Below are positions 37,513 through 48,735 of a DNA stretch of 48,735 nt, piece by piece. The DNA is from Octopus sinensis (lineage: Eukaryota): the NCBI RefSeq assembly GCF_006345805.1, contig NW_021834288.1:1-48735 (forward strand), given 5' to 3'. Both the position numbers and the translations under genes were made by a program. The notes below the pieces were generated by a model. It had not been told where the DNA came from. It ran no database searches and saw only the letters and a list, made by a program, of their open reading frames with translations. How positions within the stretch are numbered: position 1 is the stretch's first letter; each line of letters starts with the position of its first letter.

Positions 37513-38193
37513 CGAAGGCGGCGAACTGGCGGAAGCGTTAGCACGCCGGGCGAAATGCTTAGCGGTATTTCGTTTGCCGTTACGTTCTGAGTTCAAATTC
37601 CGCCGAGGTCGACTTTGCCTTTCATCCTTTCGGGGTCAATAAATTAAGTACCAGTCGCATACAGGGGTCGATCTAATTGACTTAATCCGTTTGTCTGTCC
37701 TTGTTTGTCCCCTCTGTGCGTAGCCCCTTGTGGGTAGTAATGAAACAGGTATTTCGTCTGCGGCTACGTTGTGAGTTCAAATACCGCCGAGGTCGACTTT
37801 GCCTTTCTATATTTAATGGCGGTGAGCTGGCAGAAACGTTAGCACGCCGGGCGAAATGCTAAGCGGTATTTCGTCTGCCGTTACGTTCTGAGTTCAAATT
37901 CCGCGCGAGGTCGACTTTGCCTTTCATCCTCTTGGGATCGATTAAATAAGTACCAGTTACGCACCGGGGTCGATGTTTGTTTGTTCTCTCTGTGTTTAGC
38001 CTCTTGTGAGTTGTAAAGAAATAGGTATTTCGTCTGTCTTTACGTTCTGAGTTCAAATTCCGCCGAGGTCGACTTTGCCTTTTATCCTTTCGGGGGTCGA
38101 TAAATTAAGTACCAGTTGCATCCTGGGGTCGATTTAATCGACTGCCCCCCCCCCCGCAAAAAAAATTTGGGCCTTGTGCCTAGAGTAGAAAAG
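37513..38193 (+). mobile_element. Multimeric Nin-like SINE block with a 16-bp target-site duplication
   Basis: Flanked by aaagtctgtagatcag (37497-37512) and aaagtttgtagatcag (38194-38209). Contains two heads and four body units. Confidence 0.85.
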
Positions 38194-38566
38194 AAAGTTT
38201 GTAGATCAGTGCCTGCAGAACAAACGTAAATGGATGAGAGGAACCAGATATCTAGTCTGAATATAGAAGCTTGTTCACTTTGCAGCCATATGTTTTCAGG
38301 TTCGATCTCACTGTGCAGTACCTTGAGCAAGTGCCTTCTGCTATAGTTCAGGACTGATCAATACCTTGTAAGTGAATTTGGTAGACGGAATCTATTTAGA
38401 AGCTCGTAGCTGTGTGGTAAGAAGTTTGCTTCCCAACCACATACTTCCGGGTTCAGTCCCACTGCAAGGAACTTTGGACAAGTCAACCGACCAAGACCTA
38501 GTGAGTGAATACAGAAGCTGAAAGACATTCATCGTACACGCACACACACACACACACACATGTATA

Positions 38567-39190
38567 CAAGGTGCGGTCAATAAATTGTCTAAATTACAGG
38601 AAAATGAAAATAACACTGACATCTCATTTTAACATATATATTTACCAAAATTACATAAAAATATCTTGAAATACTAAAGAGTAAATTTATTCTATAAAAT
38701 CGCCATTGGCTTCAGCCAAGGCCTCCAGACGATTTCAGAATCTCCTCCAAATCTTCTGGACGGTATCCTTGATTAAGTTGGTCAATGCTGCCATAATCCT
38801 TGCCTTCAGTTCATCTTTGGCGTTACAAGGCGTTTCGTTGGTCTCTCGCTCAACTGCGCCCTACACATAATAATCAAGCGGGTTGCAGTCTGGGGAGTTA
38901 GGCGGCCAGATGTTAGGGGTGATGTTGGTCGCAGAAATTATCTGACAGCCATGACTGGCTTCTCCTGCATGTGTGGCATGGTGCAGAGTCCTGCTGTCAG
39001 ATATAAGGTCTTTCAGCAGCCACCCTCTTGACCCAGGGCAGCACTTCCTCCTCCAGGCACTTGGTGTAGGCCTTTGTGTTGAGCGTGTGGGAAGATGAAT
39101 GGAGGCATGACATCGCTATCATTAGTGATTACTCCAAACCCCATGATGTTGACTGGATGTTTGATTTTTATCACTATCCGTACATGTCCT
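38567..39190 (-). pseudogene. Tc1/mariner DD37D (maT-like) transposase 3' remnant with terminal TIR
   Basis: Minus KHPVNIMGFGVIT..PPFIF, QQDSAPCH-(37 aa spacing, one frameshift)-WPPNSPDCNPLDY, ..LEALAEANGDFIE* (stop 38687). End TA|CAAGGTGCGGTCAATAA at 38567. Confidence 0.85.
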
Positions 39191-39536
39191 CAGATTGCAG
39201 TGTCCTCAGTTTGACACACAAACACTCTGAAATGTTCGTACTGGAGCTTCCGGTGTTGATTCGTTTTTGTTCCCGTGACGTAGCGGTTCGTTTCGGCAAA
39301 AACGCCATAGAGAATGAGTAACAAACTTAAAAAGTAAGTAATGAGGTGAATTTGCTCGACTAGACTACTTCAGGGTGGTGCCCCAGCATGGCCGCAGTCC
39401 AATGATTGAAAGAAGTAAAGAGTAAATGACTAGTAATCTTTTTTCATTTGTCTCTTCTACTTCATTCTTCTCTACTTGCGAACAGAACACCGTCTCATTT
39501 TTTAATTTTCCGCTTTAGTTATTTATTAAAATTAAA

Positions 39537-40075
39537 CTGGTTAGTTGGCAGAATCATTAGTGCATCAGATGAAAATTATTGTGGGCGGAGACTTTATTTC
39601 GGTTCTTTACATTTAGTGTTCAAATCCTGCCTAGGTCGACTTTGCATTTCTTCCTTCGGGGTCGATAAAATAAGTACTAGGTGATCACTGAGGTAACCTA
39701 CTTGCTGGCCATGGGCTAAAATTTGAAACCAATGTTCATGGCGGTGAGCTGGCAGAACCGTTAGCACGCCGGATGAAATGCTTAGCGGCATTTCGTCCGT
39801 CATTACGTTCTAAGTTCAAATTCCACTGAGTCAACTTTGCCTATCATCCTTTCGGGGTCAATAAAATAAATATCAGCTGATCCCTGTGGTCAATATAATT
39901 AACTTATACCTCTCACGAACTTGTTGCCCATGGGCTAAAATTCTGCCGGCGTTGAGCTGGCAGAATCGTTAGCACGCCGAACGAAATGCCATTAAGCTTA
40001 ACGGTATTTCGTCCGTCATTATGTTCTAAATTCAAATTCCATCGAGTCAACTTTCATCCTTTCGGGGTCGATAAG
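39537..40075 (+). mobile_element. Three tandem diverged Nin-like SINE copies
   Basis: Heads at about 39537, 39740 and 39948. Confidence 0.8.
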
Positions 40076-40183
40076 ATGTGATGTGTAGCAGCAGACTCCA
40101 GGTCCAGTCTTCTCTCAGTCTCCGGCTGCCATATCCTGGATATTGCGCAAGATCAAAGACGGGAGGGCAAAGAGAGAAAGAGA

Positions 40184-40220
<37 letters not shown>

Positions 40221-40383
40221 AGTGAGAGAGAGAGAGAGTCTATGTGTACTCGAAACTACACAGGAACCTAAAACAGTTAACGAAAGCACGGTACATACTA
40301 CCAAGTCATACTCGCTACTAAATGACGGCTAGGATTTTTTGAGTAGCAGTAGCAGTAGCAGCAGCAGCAGTAGCCGTAGCAGC

Positions 40384-40424
<41 letters not shown>

Positions 40425-40829
40425 AAGTAGTAGTAGTAGTGTTTTCATCCAAATGAAAGGAATATGATGACAGGGAAAAGAATACGATAGTCTTGCGATT
40501 CCATCTTTCAGAAATTCCTCATTTTTCTTTTCAACTGCACAAATCGTTTTATACAAAGAAAGTGGTAAACTCACTTTGACAATAATGAAATCAGGAACTG
40601 TAAATCAATACTAATGTTTTCAGTACACTCTCCGCTAAAATTGTATAGAAGATAATTACATGTGCTATTTTTCACTTGTGTTCTTTATAGAGATCATATT
40701 GTTGGACAATTTTCAATTTTTTTTCTTCATCTCCTGCATTGAATTTTATCTTCCTAGAATCCTGCTACGTGAATTCAAAATCATGGTCAAAGGTTGCATC
40801 GCTGTAAAATATCTGATATAAAGAGATAA

Positions 40830-40936
<107 letters not shown>

Positions 40937-41050
40937 CATTGTAGCTTGCTCGAAGCATTGTGATAAAGAAGCAAATTTATAAAAGAATGAAGACGGAGAG
41001 CTTGTTACAATGCGAAAATGAAAAGACTTAGTAGCCTTTATGGATTTCAG

Positions 41051-41189
41051 GCTCAAATGCCCAACATCAGATGTAAAGGGAGAAGTCCATGCTGGTTGTT
41101 GTGCGGGCAATGGCCTCCGCAGTGTTTATGTCAAGGATGCACAACTTTTTCCGTCCAAAGGGCCAAATCGCGAATATAAGGAAATATAA
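41051..41189 (+). CDS. Candidate coding exon, unidentified protein
   Basis: Acceptor tggatttcAG|G. Phase-1 frame LKCPTSDVKGEVHAGCCAGNGLRSVYVKDAQLFPSKGPNREYKEI*. GC-richer than flanks. Phase 0 is also open (Cys-rich), so the frame is ambiguous. Confidence 0.22.
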
Positions 41190-41349
41190 GGACAAAAGTG
41201 GCTGTGTTGTAAGTAGCTTGCTTACCAACCACATGGTTCTGCGTTCAGTCCCACTGCGTGACACCTTGGGCAAATGTCTTCTACTATAGCCTTGGGCCGA
41301 CCAAAGCCTTGTGAGTAGATTTGGTAGACTGAAACTGAAAGAAGCCCGT

Positions 41350-41407
<58 letters not shown>

Positions 41408-41454
41408 ACCACGTGAGTATCGTCTTACCTTCCTTAGATCTTTCCTTTTCCTAT

Positions 41455-41489
41455 GTTCCTGACGAAGAGCTCCGCTCGAAAAGTTAAAT
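41455..41489 (+). ncRNA. Minimal type I hammerhead motif (core intact, stems damaged) in a Penelope-like terminal fragment
   Basis: GTTC-CTGACGA-A-GAGC(TCC)GCTC-GAA-AA-GT-T-AAAT. Homologous to 22390-22425 and 5546-5580, sharing the acgctc.ggaa context. Confidence 0.6.
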
Positions 41490-41586
41490 CCTCCTTCTTT
41501 CTTTTCTTTCCTGAGCGTCCAATAACGCGTTGTTGTGTTTTCTCTTTGTGTTTTCATGTTTGGATTAACTGTATATTATATATATA

Positions 41587-41725
41587 CTTTATTTAAAAGC
41601 AGCAGAAGTATAACAAAAGCTGTTTCACGTTCCCGTTCATCGGACAGTTTTGTTAAAATAGAACAGAAATAACAAATAACTCTGAGTAACAGCTTTTGTT
41701 ATATTTCTGCTGCTTTTAAATAAAG
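41587..41725. repeat. Inverted duplication (38-bp arms, 1 mismatch) containing a split hammerhead
   Basis: 41587-41624 vs 41688-41725. Minus 41651-41619 reads AAAACTGT-CCGATGA-ACG(GGAA)CGT-GAAAC. Plus 41678-41697 reads AACTCTGAGT-A-ACAGCTTTT. Confidence 0.85.
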
Positions 41726-41818
41726 CATATTACTCTACCTCTGGTATTTGAGTACTCTTTTTACCACCTTGTTTCACATTTATGTGCTTACTCCGGTATA
41801 CGCACACACACACACACG

Positions 41819-41871
<53 letters not shown>

Positions 41872-42920
41872 GTATATACACAAATATATATATGTTTGTG
41901 TGTGTGTGTTTGTCACCTTCCATCGCTTGACAACCGATTTTGGTGTGTTTACGTACTAGTAACTTAGCGGTTCGGCACAAGAAACCGATAGAATAAGTAC
42001 TAGGTTTATGTCCCGGGGTCGATTTGTTCGACTAAAGGTGGTGGTCCAGCTTGGCCGTAGTCAAATCACTGAAACAAATAAAAGAACGAAAGAATAAAGA
42101 ATATATTTTCTGTGTGTGATCGTGGTCCAAGCAGTTCGCTATGTAAATGTTCAGTTATTCATTAAAATAAGAAAGTCGATGTAAAATGATTTCGTGGGCC
42201 ACATGCGACAGGTTTAGCTTGGCAGGAATAAAATAAATAAATAAACAAACGTTCTTAAATCCAAAGTATTTCTAGAATTTCATAGTTCTGTTTTGTGAAG
42301 GAAGTCTGGATAATGGCGTTTTATTACCGCGTTTTCATTATAGACGGCAATGATTATGGGAATGCTGTAAGTGATAAAATCATCATCGCCGGATTTAAAA
42401 TCTATTTTGTGAGTGTGTGTGCATGAATGTGTGTGTGCATGAATGTGTGTGTGCGTGCATCGCTGTAAAATGATATGTGTGTGTGTGTGTGTGTGTGTGA
42501 ATGTGGATGTATATGTATATAGCGATGAAAGATATACACAATTGTTGCAAATCGGTACGCCGAATAAAAAATAACTGTAGCATTTATTATACTCGTGTAG
42601 CACTGACGCCCCTAAGTCCCTATCTCCTCCTAAGTGCAACGAACGAATGGCTCGTGTGCTTTCTATGAAAAACAAAAACAAAAACAAAAACAAAAACAAA
42701 AAAAAAAAAAAAAAACAACAAAAAGATATAAAAAATATTCTCTACAAATGGTTGTAAGCAAGAGAGAACTACTTAAAGTTGCCATAGAATTTTCAGTTGC
42801 AACGAATTCTTGCAGCACCGAAGACAATTTTATGACTCGGTTGTCATGAACAGCTGCTAATCAACAGTTTTTAATGTAGGCCATATTCTACTCTTACAGA
42901 TGGCGTAAACGTTACAGAAG

Positions 42921-43220
<300 letters not shown>

Positions 43221-43348
43221 TGTATTTATTTTAATACCTGCATGCACACAAACATCTTTTCATTTCCTTTTTCTTCTTTTCTTCTTCTGTCTGTCTTTCC
43301 TCTTCACTCCTGCTTTCCTGCCTTCCTCCCTTTCTTCTTCCTTCCTTC

Positions 43349-43383
<35 letters not shown>

Positions 43384-44254
43384 TCCACATTTCTTTCCTT
43401 CCACGTTTCTTCACACCCACCTTTCATTAATTTCTTCTGTAATGCCGTTAAATCTTTCTGCTATATTTATCTCTAAACCTAATCTAAAACAAGTTAGACG
43501 AAGCAATTGTTTATAAAGCTTAAAATTCAGTGACACAAAAATTGTAAAAATGTGCTCTACACACGAAACCATACTGTTGTTGCCATTACCATTACCAGTT
43601 CTTTCAACTAACCTTCATTGTTCCTGAGAGAACAGAACGCATTTTATCTACCCTACTTCGCTTCATACATTTACCCTCACCTTTTGCTGTGCATACCAAA
43701 TTGATGGCGGCTCTGGAATATGTTGTAAAGTGTTTATATAAAAGTTTGTACGATCGTGATTAGAAACAAAACACATAGACGAACCTAGACGTGTAGATTT
43801 AATCAAATAACATACCTTCATGAAAAGCTTAGCTTTTTCACGGATATATACACTAAAATGTATCTTTCCAATAACAAGTAACGGATATACGTGCATTGAA
43901 ATATCAAATATCAAATATTAAAATTATCTTAGGGCATATCCCACAATCTCTCTGTTTGCTAGTTTGTTTGTTTGTTTCTGCCTTTCTGTCTTTCTTTCTC
44001 TCTTCCTTCTTTCTTTATATCATTCATTCTATCTGCCTTTATATAAATATATGCTTGCACGTACACGCGTGCGTTTGGGTGTGTATGTGTATGTCTGTGT
44101 ACATATATGCATATGAATGTATAAAAGATATGTATTTTCCCACATACACACATACACACGCATATTTGTAAATACATATCTTTGCACACAAATGCCTATT
44201 TGTATGTATATGAATAAGCGTGTGTGTATATATAAATGTGTGTGTGTGTATAAA

Positions 44255-44367
44255 TGTATATATCTATCTATCTATCTATGTACCTATATATATTATATAT
44301 ATATATATATATTATATCTATAATATATATATATATACATATATATATATATGTAATATTATATATA

Positions 44368-44421
<54 letters not shown>

Positions 44422-44448
44422 TATCTATGTATATATATATATATATAT

Positions 44449-44497
<49 letters not shown>

Positions 44498-44518
44498 ATG
44501 TATATATATATATATATA

Positions 44519-44606
<88 letters not shown>

Positions 44607-44661
44607 GTATATGTATCTATATATATATATAATATATATATATTATATATATATAATATAT

Positions 44662-44748
<87 letters not shown>

Positions 44749-44751
44749 TAT

Positions 44752-44786
<35 letters not shown>

Positions 44787-44800
44787 CACACATATATATA
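44255..44800. repeat. About 550-bp (TA)n tract
   Basis: Direct inspection. Confidence 0.95.
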
Positions 44801-44804
44801 TTTC

Positions 44805-45022
44805 TTTATTGTCCACAAGGGGCTAAACACAGGGAACAAATAAGGACAGACAAACGGATTAAGTCGATTATATCAACCCCAGTGCTGGTACTTATTTAAT
44901 CGACTCCGAAAGGATGAAAGGCAAAGTCGACCTCGGCAGAATTTGAACTCAGAACGTAAAGGCAGACGAAATACGGCTACGCATTTCGCCCGGCGTGCTA
45001 ACGATTCTGCCAGCTCGCCGCC
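44805..45022 (-). mobile_element. Nin-like SINE (head + one internal unit)
   Basis: Minus ggcggcgagctggcagaatcgttagcacgccgggcgaaatgc.. Confidence 0.85.
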
Positions 45023-45424
45023 GCGTGTGTATGTGTGTGTGTATACACACAAACAAACACACCTACGCTTTCTTATTGAGACAAGAATCCATACGAAAAT
45101 CTATTATTATTTATTATTATTATTATTATCATGTTTTTTCCTTCTTTCTTCAAATTTTCTTCCATTTCTCGCCGAGTGTTTTCCGTACACCTAGAGCAGA
45201 GAAGCTCATTGTATGCGTTCCCAGATTACACACGCAAATTCACAGATAACATATGTATTTAAAAAGTAATAAATAAATAAATTCATGGATGGATGTTATT
45301 TTTACAGCGATAGTGCTCTTCTCAGTACATGAGCCGTTCCAGTTAATACGATTTTTTGCACTTCCTGTAGGGATGGTAAGCCTGGAATCATTTTCAAATA
45401 GGTTTCAGTACCTTTTTTTTAATC

Positions 45425-45483
<59 letters not shown>

Positions 45484-45910
45484 CATCATCATCATCATCA
45501 TCATCATTATCATCATCATTATTCGATTTGACTGGTAGAATTTTTTATGCGGGTAGCGGGTTACTCTCTGCAACCTTGGATATTCACAGACTTTCAATAA
45601 TCTTTAAAGTGCTCAGAACTCTTCTGATAATATTTTCCTGTTCCTAAGCGGCAAGCAATCTGTAGAATCTCTCCAGCGCATTCCATTGCAATCTCCTTCA
45701 ACCATTTGTTTATGTCATTACTAATAGATCATAATGCCCCAGTTACTACAGACACAACTTTACAGTGTTCATACACCAAATTCCTCATGCATTTTCGAAT
45801 TCTAAGGGATTGTATTTTTTTAATTTCTCGTCTTCTTTCTTCACAATCCTGCAATCAAACGGACATTGCTATTCCCATTTTACAAGTCAAACAGTTTCCG
45901 TTTGTTTCAA
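45425..45910 (-). mobile_element. 3' end of a restriction-like-endonuclease LINE (R4/Dong- or CRE-like) with (TGA)n(TAA)n tail
   Basis: Joined minus frames IA/CPFDCRIVKKEDEKLKKYNPLEFE..VK/VVSVVTGAL*SIS..NKWLKEI..EILQIACRLGTGK/IIRRVL, the conserved REL C-terminus. Tail at 45425-45521. Confidence 0.75.
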
Positions 45911-46022
45911 TTTATTTTACATTAATTTTATTTCTTCTTCTTCTTCTTCCAGTAGATTTATATCTCTTGCTTTATAAATTGGTAGTCTAATGCCATATCG
46001 ACTCCTTTATTTCACGTCTATC

Positions 46023-46423
46023 CTTTTCTACTCTAAGCAGAAGGCCTGAAATTTTGGGGAAGGGGGCCAGTCGATTACATCGACCCCAGTTCGCAACTGG
46101 TACTTAATTTATCGACCCCGAAAGGACGAAAGGCAAAGTCGACCTCGGCGGAATTTGAACTCAGACCATAAAGACAAACGAAATACATATTTCTTTACTA
46201 CCCACAAGGGGCTAAACACAGAGAGAACAAACATGGACAGACAAACGGATTAAGTCGATTATATCGACCCCAGTGCGTAACTGGTACTTATTTAATCGAC
46301 CCCGAAAGGATGAAAGGCAAGGTCGATCTCGGTGAAATTTGAACTCGAAACGTAGCGGCAGACGAAATACCGCTAAGCATTTCGCCCCGTGTGCTAACGT
46401 TTCTGCCGGCGCACCGCCTTTCA
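46023..46423 (-). mobile_element. Dimeric Nin-like SINE with a perfect 17-bp target-site duplication
   Basis: tttatttcacgtctatc at 46006-46022 and 46424-46440. Confidence 0.9.
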
Positions 46424-46874
46424 TTTATTTCACGTCTATCATACATGTAAATTGTCTGCTTAGTGAATGGAAAATTAAACTGTTCTAGATAGGCTTTGAA
46501 GGTATGACTATGTAACACTTAAAGCATTTTTATAAATATTTAATTGGAACCATCAAGTGGAGGAAAATTTGATATATCTAAATCAATGTACGATGTGGAT
46601 AAATCTGATGTCGCTAACATGAAGATTGATATATTGATTTCAAAATTTGGCTCAAGGCCAGCAACTTTGATTTCAGTGCTTGACTGACACTATTTTATCG
46701 ACCTGGAATGGGTGAAGTTAATTTGAACTCAGAACATAAAGACGGACGAAGTACCGCTAAGCATTTTACCCGACTTCTTAACGATTCTGCCAGCTCACCG
46801 TCTTTGGAGTTTGATATAATGGAAGTTATCATTCATCACTATGAAGTACTATAGAACATGTCTATATATATTTA

Positions 46875-47226
46875 AACATTCGTCGTCGTCGTGGCACTCC
46901 GTCGGTTACGACGACGAGGGTTCCAGATGATCCGATCAACGGAACAGCTTGCTCGTGAAATTAATGTGCAAGTGACTGAGCCAGCTCCACAGACACGTGT
47001 TCTCTTATGGTAGTTCTCGGGGAGATTCGCCGTGACAAGGCTGGTCCTTTGAAATACATGTACAACAGAAGCAGGAAGGAAGAGTGAGAGAAAGAATACA
47101 GCAGGGTTCGCTACCACCCTGCTGGAGTCTCATGGAGCTTTAAGTATTTTCGATCAATAAACACTAAAAACGCCCGGTCTGGGAATTGAAACCGCGATCC
47201 TAGGACCGCGAGTCCGCTGCCCTAAT
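46875..47226 (-). mobile_element. OR-like SINE with ..ctcgtcgtcgtaaccgacggagtgcc tail
   Basis: Head agaagcgcaatggcccagtgattagggcagcggactcgcgg. Same tail as 36105. Confidence 0.85.
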
Positions 47227-47545
47227 CACTGGGCCATTGCGCTTCTATATTTAATAACTAGTATACAATAAAATATATTAGTGAGTTATGGGAGAACATA
47301 TGAAAAGGGAGTTCTAGAAGTCCTTGAAATGAAAGGTTGATAAAGTGTTGCATGTGATGACTATAGAGAAAAACCGATAAGGATTGGGAGGAACAGAGAC
47401 GATTATATAACAGATTCGTTCTAAATAGAATGCGGAGATAACAAGTCTATAAAGAATACTCCTTTATTCTGCAGCAGAAGGCGCAGGAGTGGCTGTGTGG
47501 TAAGTAGCTTGCTTACCAACCACATGGTTCCGGGTTCATTCCCAC

Positions 47546-48283
47546 TCAACAATTGAGGGTAAAATTAATTAATTAATCAATTTCACCAAGTATTCAGTAT
47601 GCAAAGGGACCATTTAAGGCGAATTCAAATTATTACATTATATAAAAGGGCTTAGTAAAATAAATTACTTTGCCGCATACTGAACTCATTAGAAATAGCA
47701 GCTAAAAAAACCTTTTTAAAACTATTTCTAATACTTAAAGAAAACCTCTCTCATATAGTGTTTGCTCAATTCAACTCACGCAAATATGATTAATTAATTA
47801 ATTTTACCCTCAATTGTTGAAATTATAATTCATCTCTCTCTATATATAATGCCGCGGATTTTACCGAAAAAAGCATAGTGTTTACTGATTTTAACCCACG
47901 CTGGTGGAAAGGGGAGAGCAGAAATTCTTCGCTTGCATTTTTGAGTTTGTTGGCACTGTTAGTTACGAGCAGATCTTCGGAGCGAGAGGAAGCCGAAAGG
48001 GTATGCCTCCCACTTTCAGTGTTTTCAAATCCAAACCAGGGAGTTCTGAGCTGATGATAGAAGTGTCGTGTTGACTAATCTTGAAACGTACGTTCTCAAA
48101 ATACCTTTGCACTTGATTTTTAATGTCTCTACCCCCATATTTGCGTGAGTTGAATTGAGCAAACACTATATGAGAGAGGTTTTTCTTAAGTATTAGAAAT
48201 AGTTTAAAAAGGTTTTTTAGCTGCTATTTCTAATGAGTTCAGTATGCGCAAAGTAATTTATTTACTAAGCCCTTTTATATAAT
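47546..48283. mobile_element. Nested inverted duplication element carrying a hammerhead (Penelope-like/retrozyme-like)
   Basis: 47546-47579 is the reverse complement of 47787-47820 (34 bp). 47637-47788 is the reverse complement of 48136-48283 (about 150 bp, small indels). It interrupts an OK-like head at 47545 and ends in (AT)n. Confidence 0.8.
48043..48102 (+). ncRNA. Type I hammerhead ribozyme with intact core
   Basis: GTTCTGAG-CTGATGA-TAGA-AGT-GTC(GTGTT)GAC-TAA-TCTT-GAA-ACGT-ACGT-T|CTCAAAAT. Palindromic stem III, GUU cleavage after 48094. U-U at the first stem II pair. Confidence 0.72.
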
Positions 48284-48302
48284 ATATATATATATATATA
48301 TA

Positions 48303-48607
48303 TCACCGTGACCGACCAGGCTATCAGATGTTGCTAGACATCGCTGGTCACAATGCGCTTCGTATTGTTTTAGCCTTCAAATGACGCCACCTCGCTGGCT
48401 AGGCGAGCAGGCCAACAGAAGAAAGAGTGAGAGAAAGTTGTAGCGAAAGAGTACAGCAGGGACCGCTACCCCCCCCCCTGCCGGAGCCTCGTGGAGCTTT
48501 AGGTGTTTTCGCACAATAAACACTCACAACACCCGGTCTGGGAAACGAAACCGCAATCCTACGACCGCGAGTCCGCTACCCTAACCACTGGGCCATTGCG
48601 CCTCCAC
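48303..48607 (-). mobile_element. OR-like SINE with a third type of 3' tail
   Basis: Head gtggaggcgcaatggcccagtggttaggg and central domain as at 3016. Tail ggcctgctcgcctagccagcgaggtggcg..gcctggtcggtcacggtgata. Confidence 0.85.
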
Positions 48608-48615
48608 TCTTTTTT

Positions 48616-48730
48616 GCTTACAGCACCTAGGTTTCCCAAGCGGTCACCCATCTAAGTACTAACTAGGCTCGATGCTGCTTACTTCGGTGATCGACGAAAC
48701 CGGTACTTTCAACGTGATATGGCCGTAAGC
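48616..48730 (-). pseudogene. 5S rRNA retrocopy (pseudogene)
   Basis: Minus GCTTACGGCCATATCACGTTGAAAGTACCGGTTTCGTCGATCACCGAAGTAAGC..TTAGTACTTAGATGGGTGACCGCTTGGGAAACCTAGGTGCTGTAAGC. 115 nt with small deletions, followed by A6 instead of an oligo-T terminator. Confidence 0.9.
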
Positions 48731-48735
48731 ACACA

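Larger units (their letters stand above)
41197..42100 (+). mobile_element. OK-like SINE with expanded interior carrying two HHR-bearing inserts
   Basis: 5' half 41197-41352, (TA)n, inserts 41404-41800, (CA)n, 3' half about 41905-42100. Confidence 0.75.

Noticed and set aside
40075-40175. GC-richer patch with protein-like frames on both strands (PAAISWILRKIK; IWQPETERRLD)
   Set aside because: Bounded by a SINE and (AG)n, with no consistent acceptor-donor pair.
47963-48166. 67-aa minus ORF with LPGLD, reminiscent of Penelope RT LPFLD
   Set aside because: Similarity is limited to a few residues, there is no ATG, and the ORF is antisense to the ribozyme.
48616-48730. Functional 5S rRNA gene
   Set aside because: Several small deletions, an A-tail instead of a T-run, and no tandem array.

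Overview
AT-rich, repeat-saturated eukaryotic DNA. The SINE families and microsatellite load point to an octopus genome; this is inferred from recognising the repeat families, not from a search. No host gene can be identified with confidence, only weak candidate exons. The window holds one apparently full-length 5.8-kb Tx1-clade (L1-like) LINE at 9201-15030 and two further Tx1-like copies (17531-18825; decayed 33190-34240). It also holds a mellifera-type mariner (15464-16448), a DD37D/maT transposase remnant (38567-39190), 3' ends of a CR1-like and an R4/Dong-like LINE, non-autonomous Helitrons and MITEs, dozens of tRNA-derived SINEs of three types, a retroposed 5S rRNA copy (48616-48730) and many microsatellites. 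The most notable unexplained signal is six hammerhead-ribozyme (HHR) motifs from about four families. Two have intact catalytic cores (22890-22971 minus, 48043-48102 plus), and three lie in or between long inverted duplications next to (TA)n tracts, a Penelope-like/retrozyme-like architecture. In addition, two Tx1 copies are directly bracketed by their own microsatellite class and the third loosely so, and multimeric SINEs are bounded by target-site duplications (TSDs).
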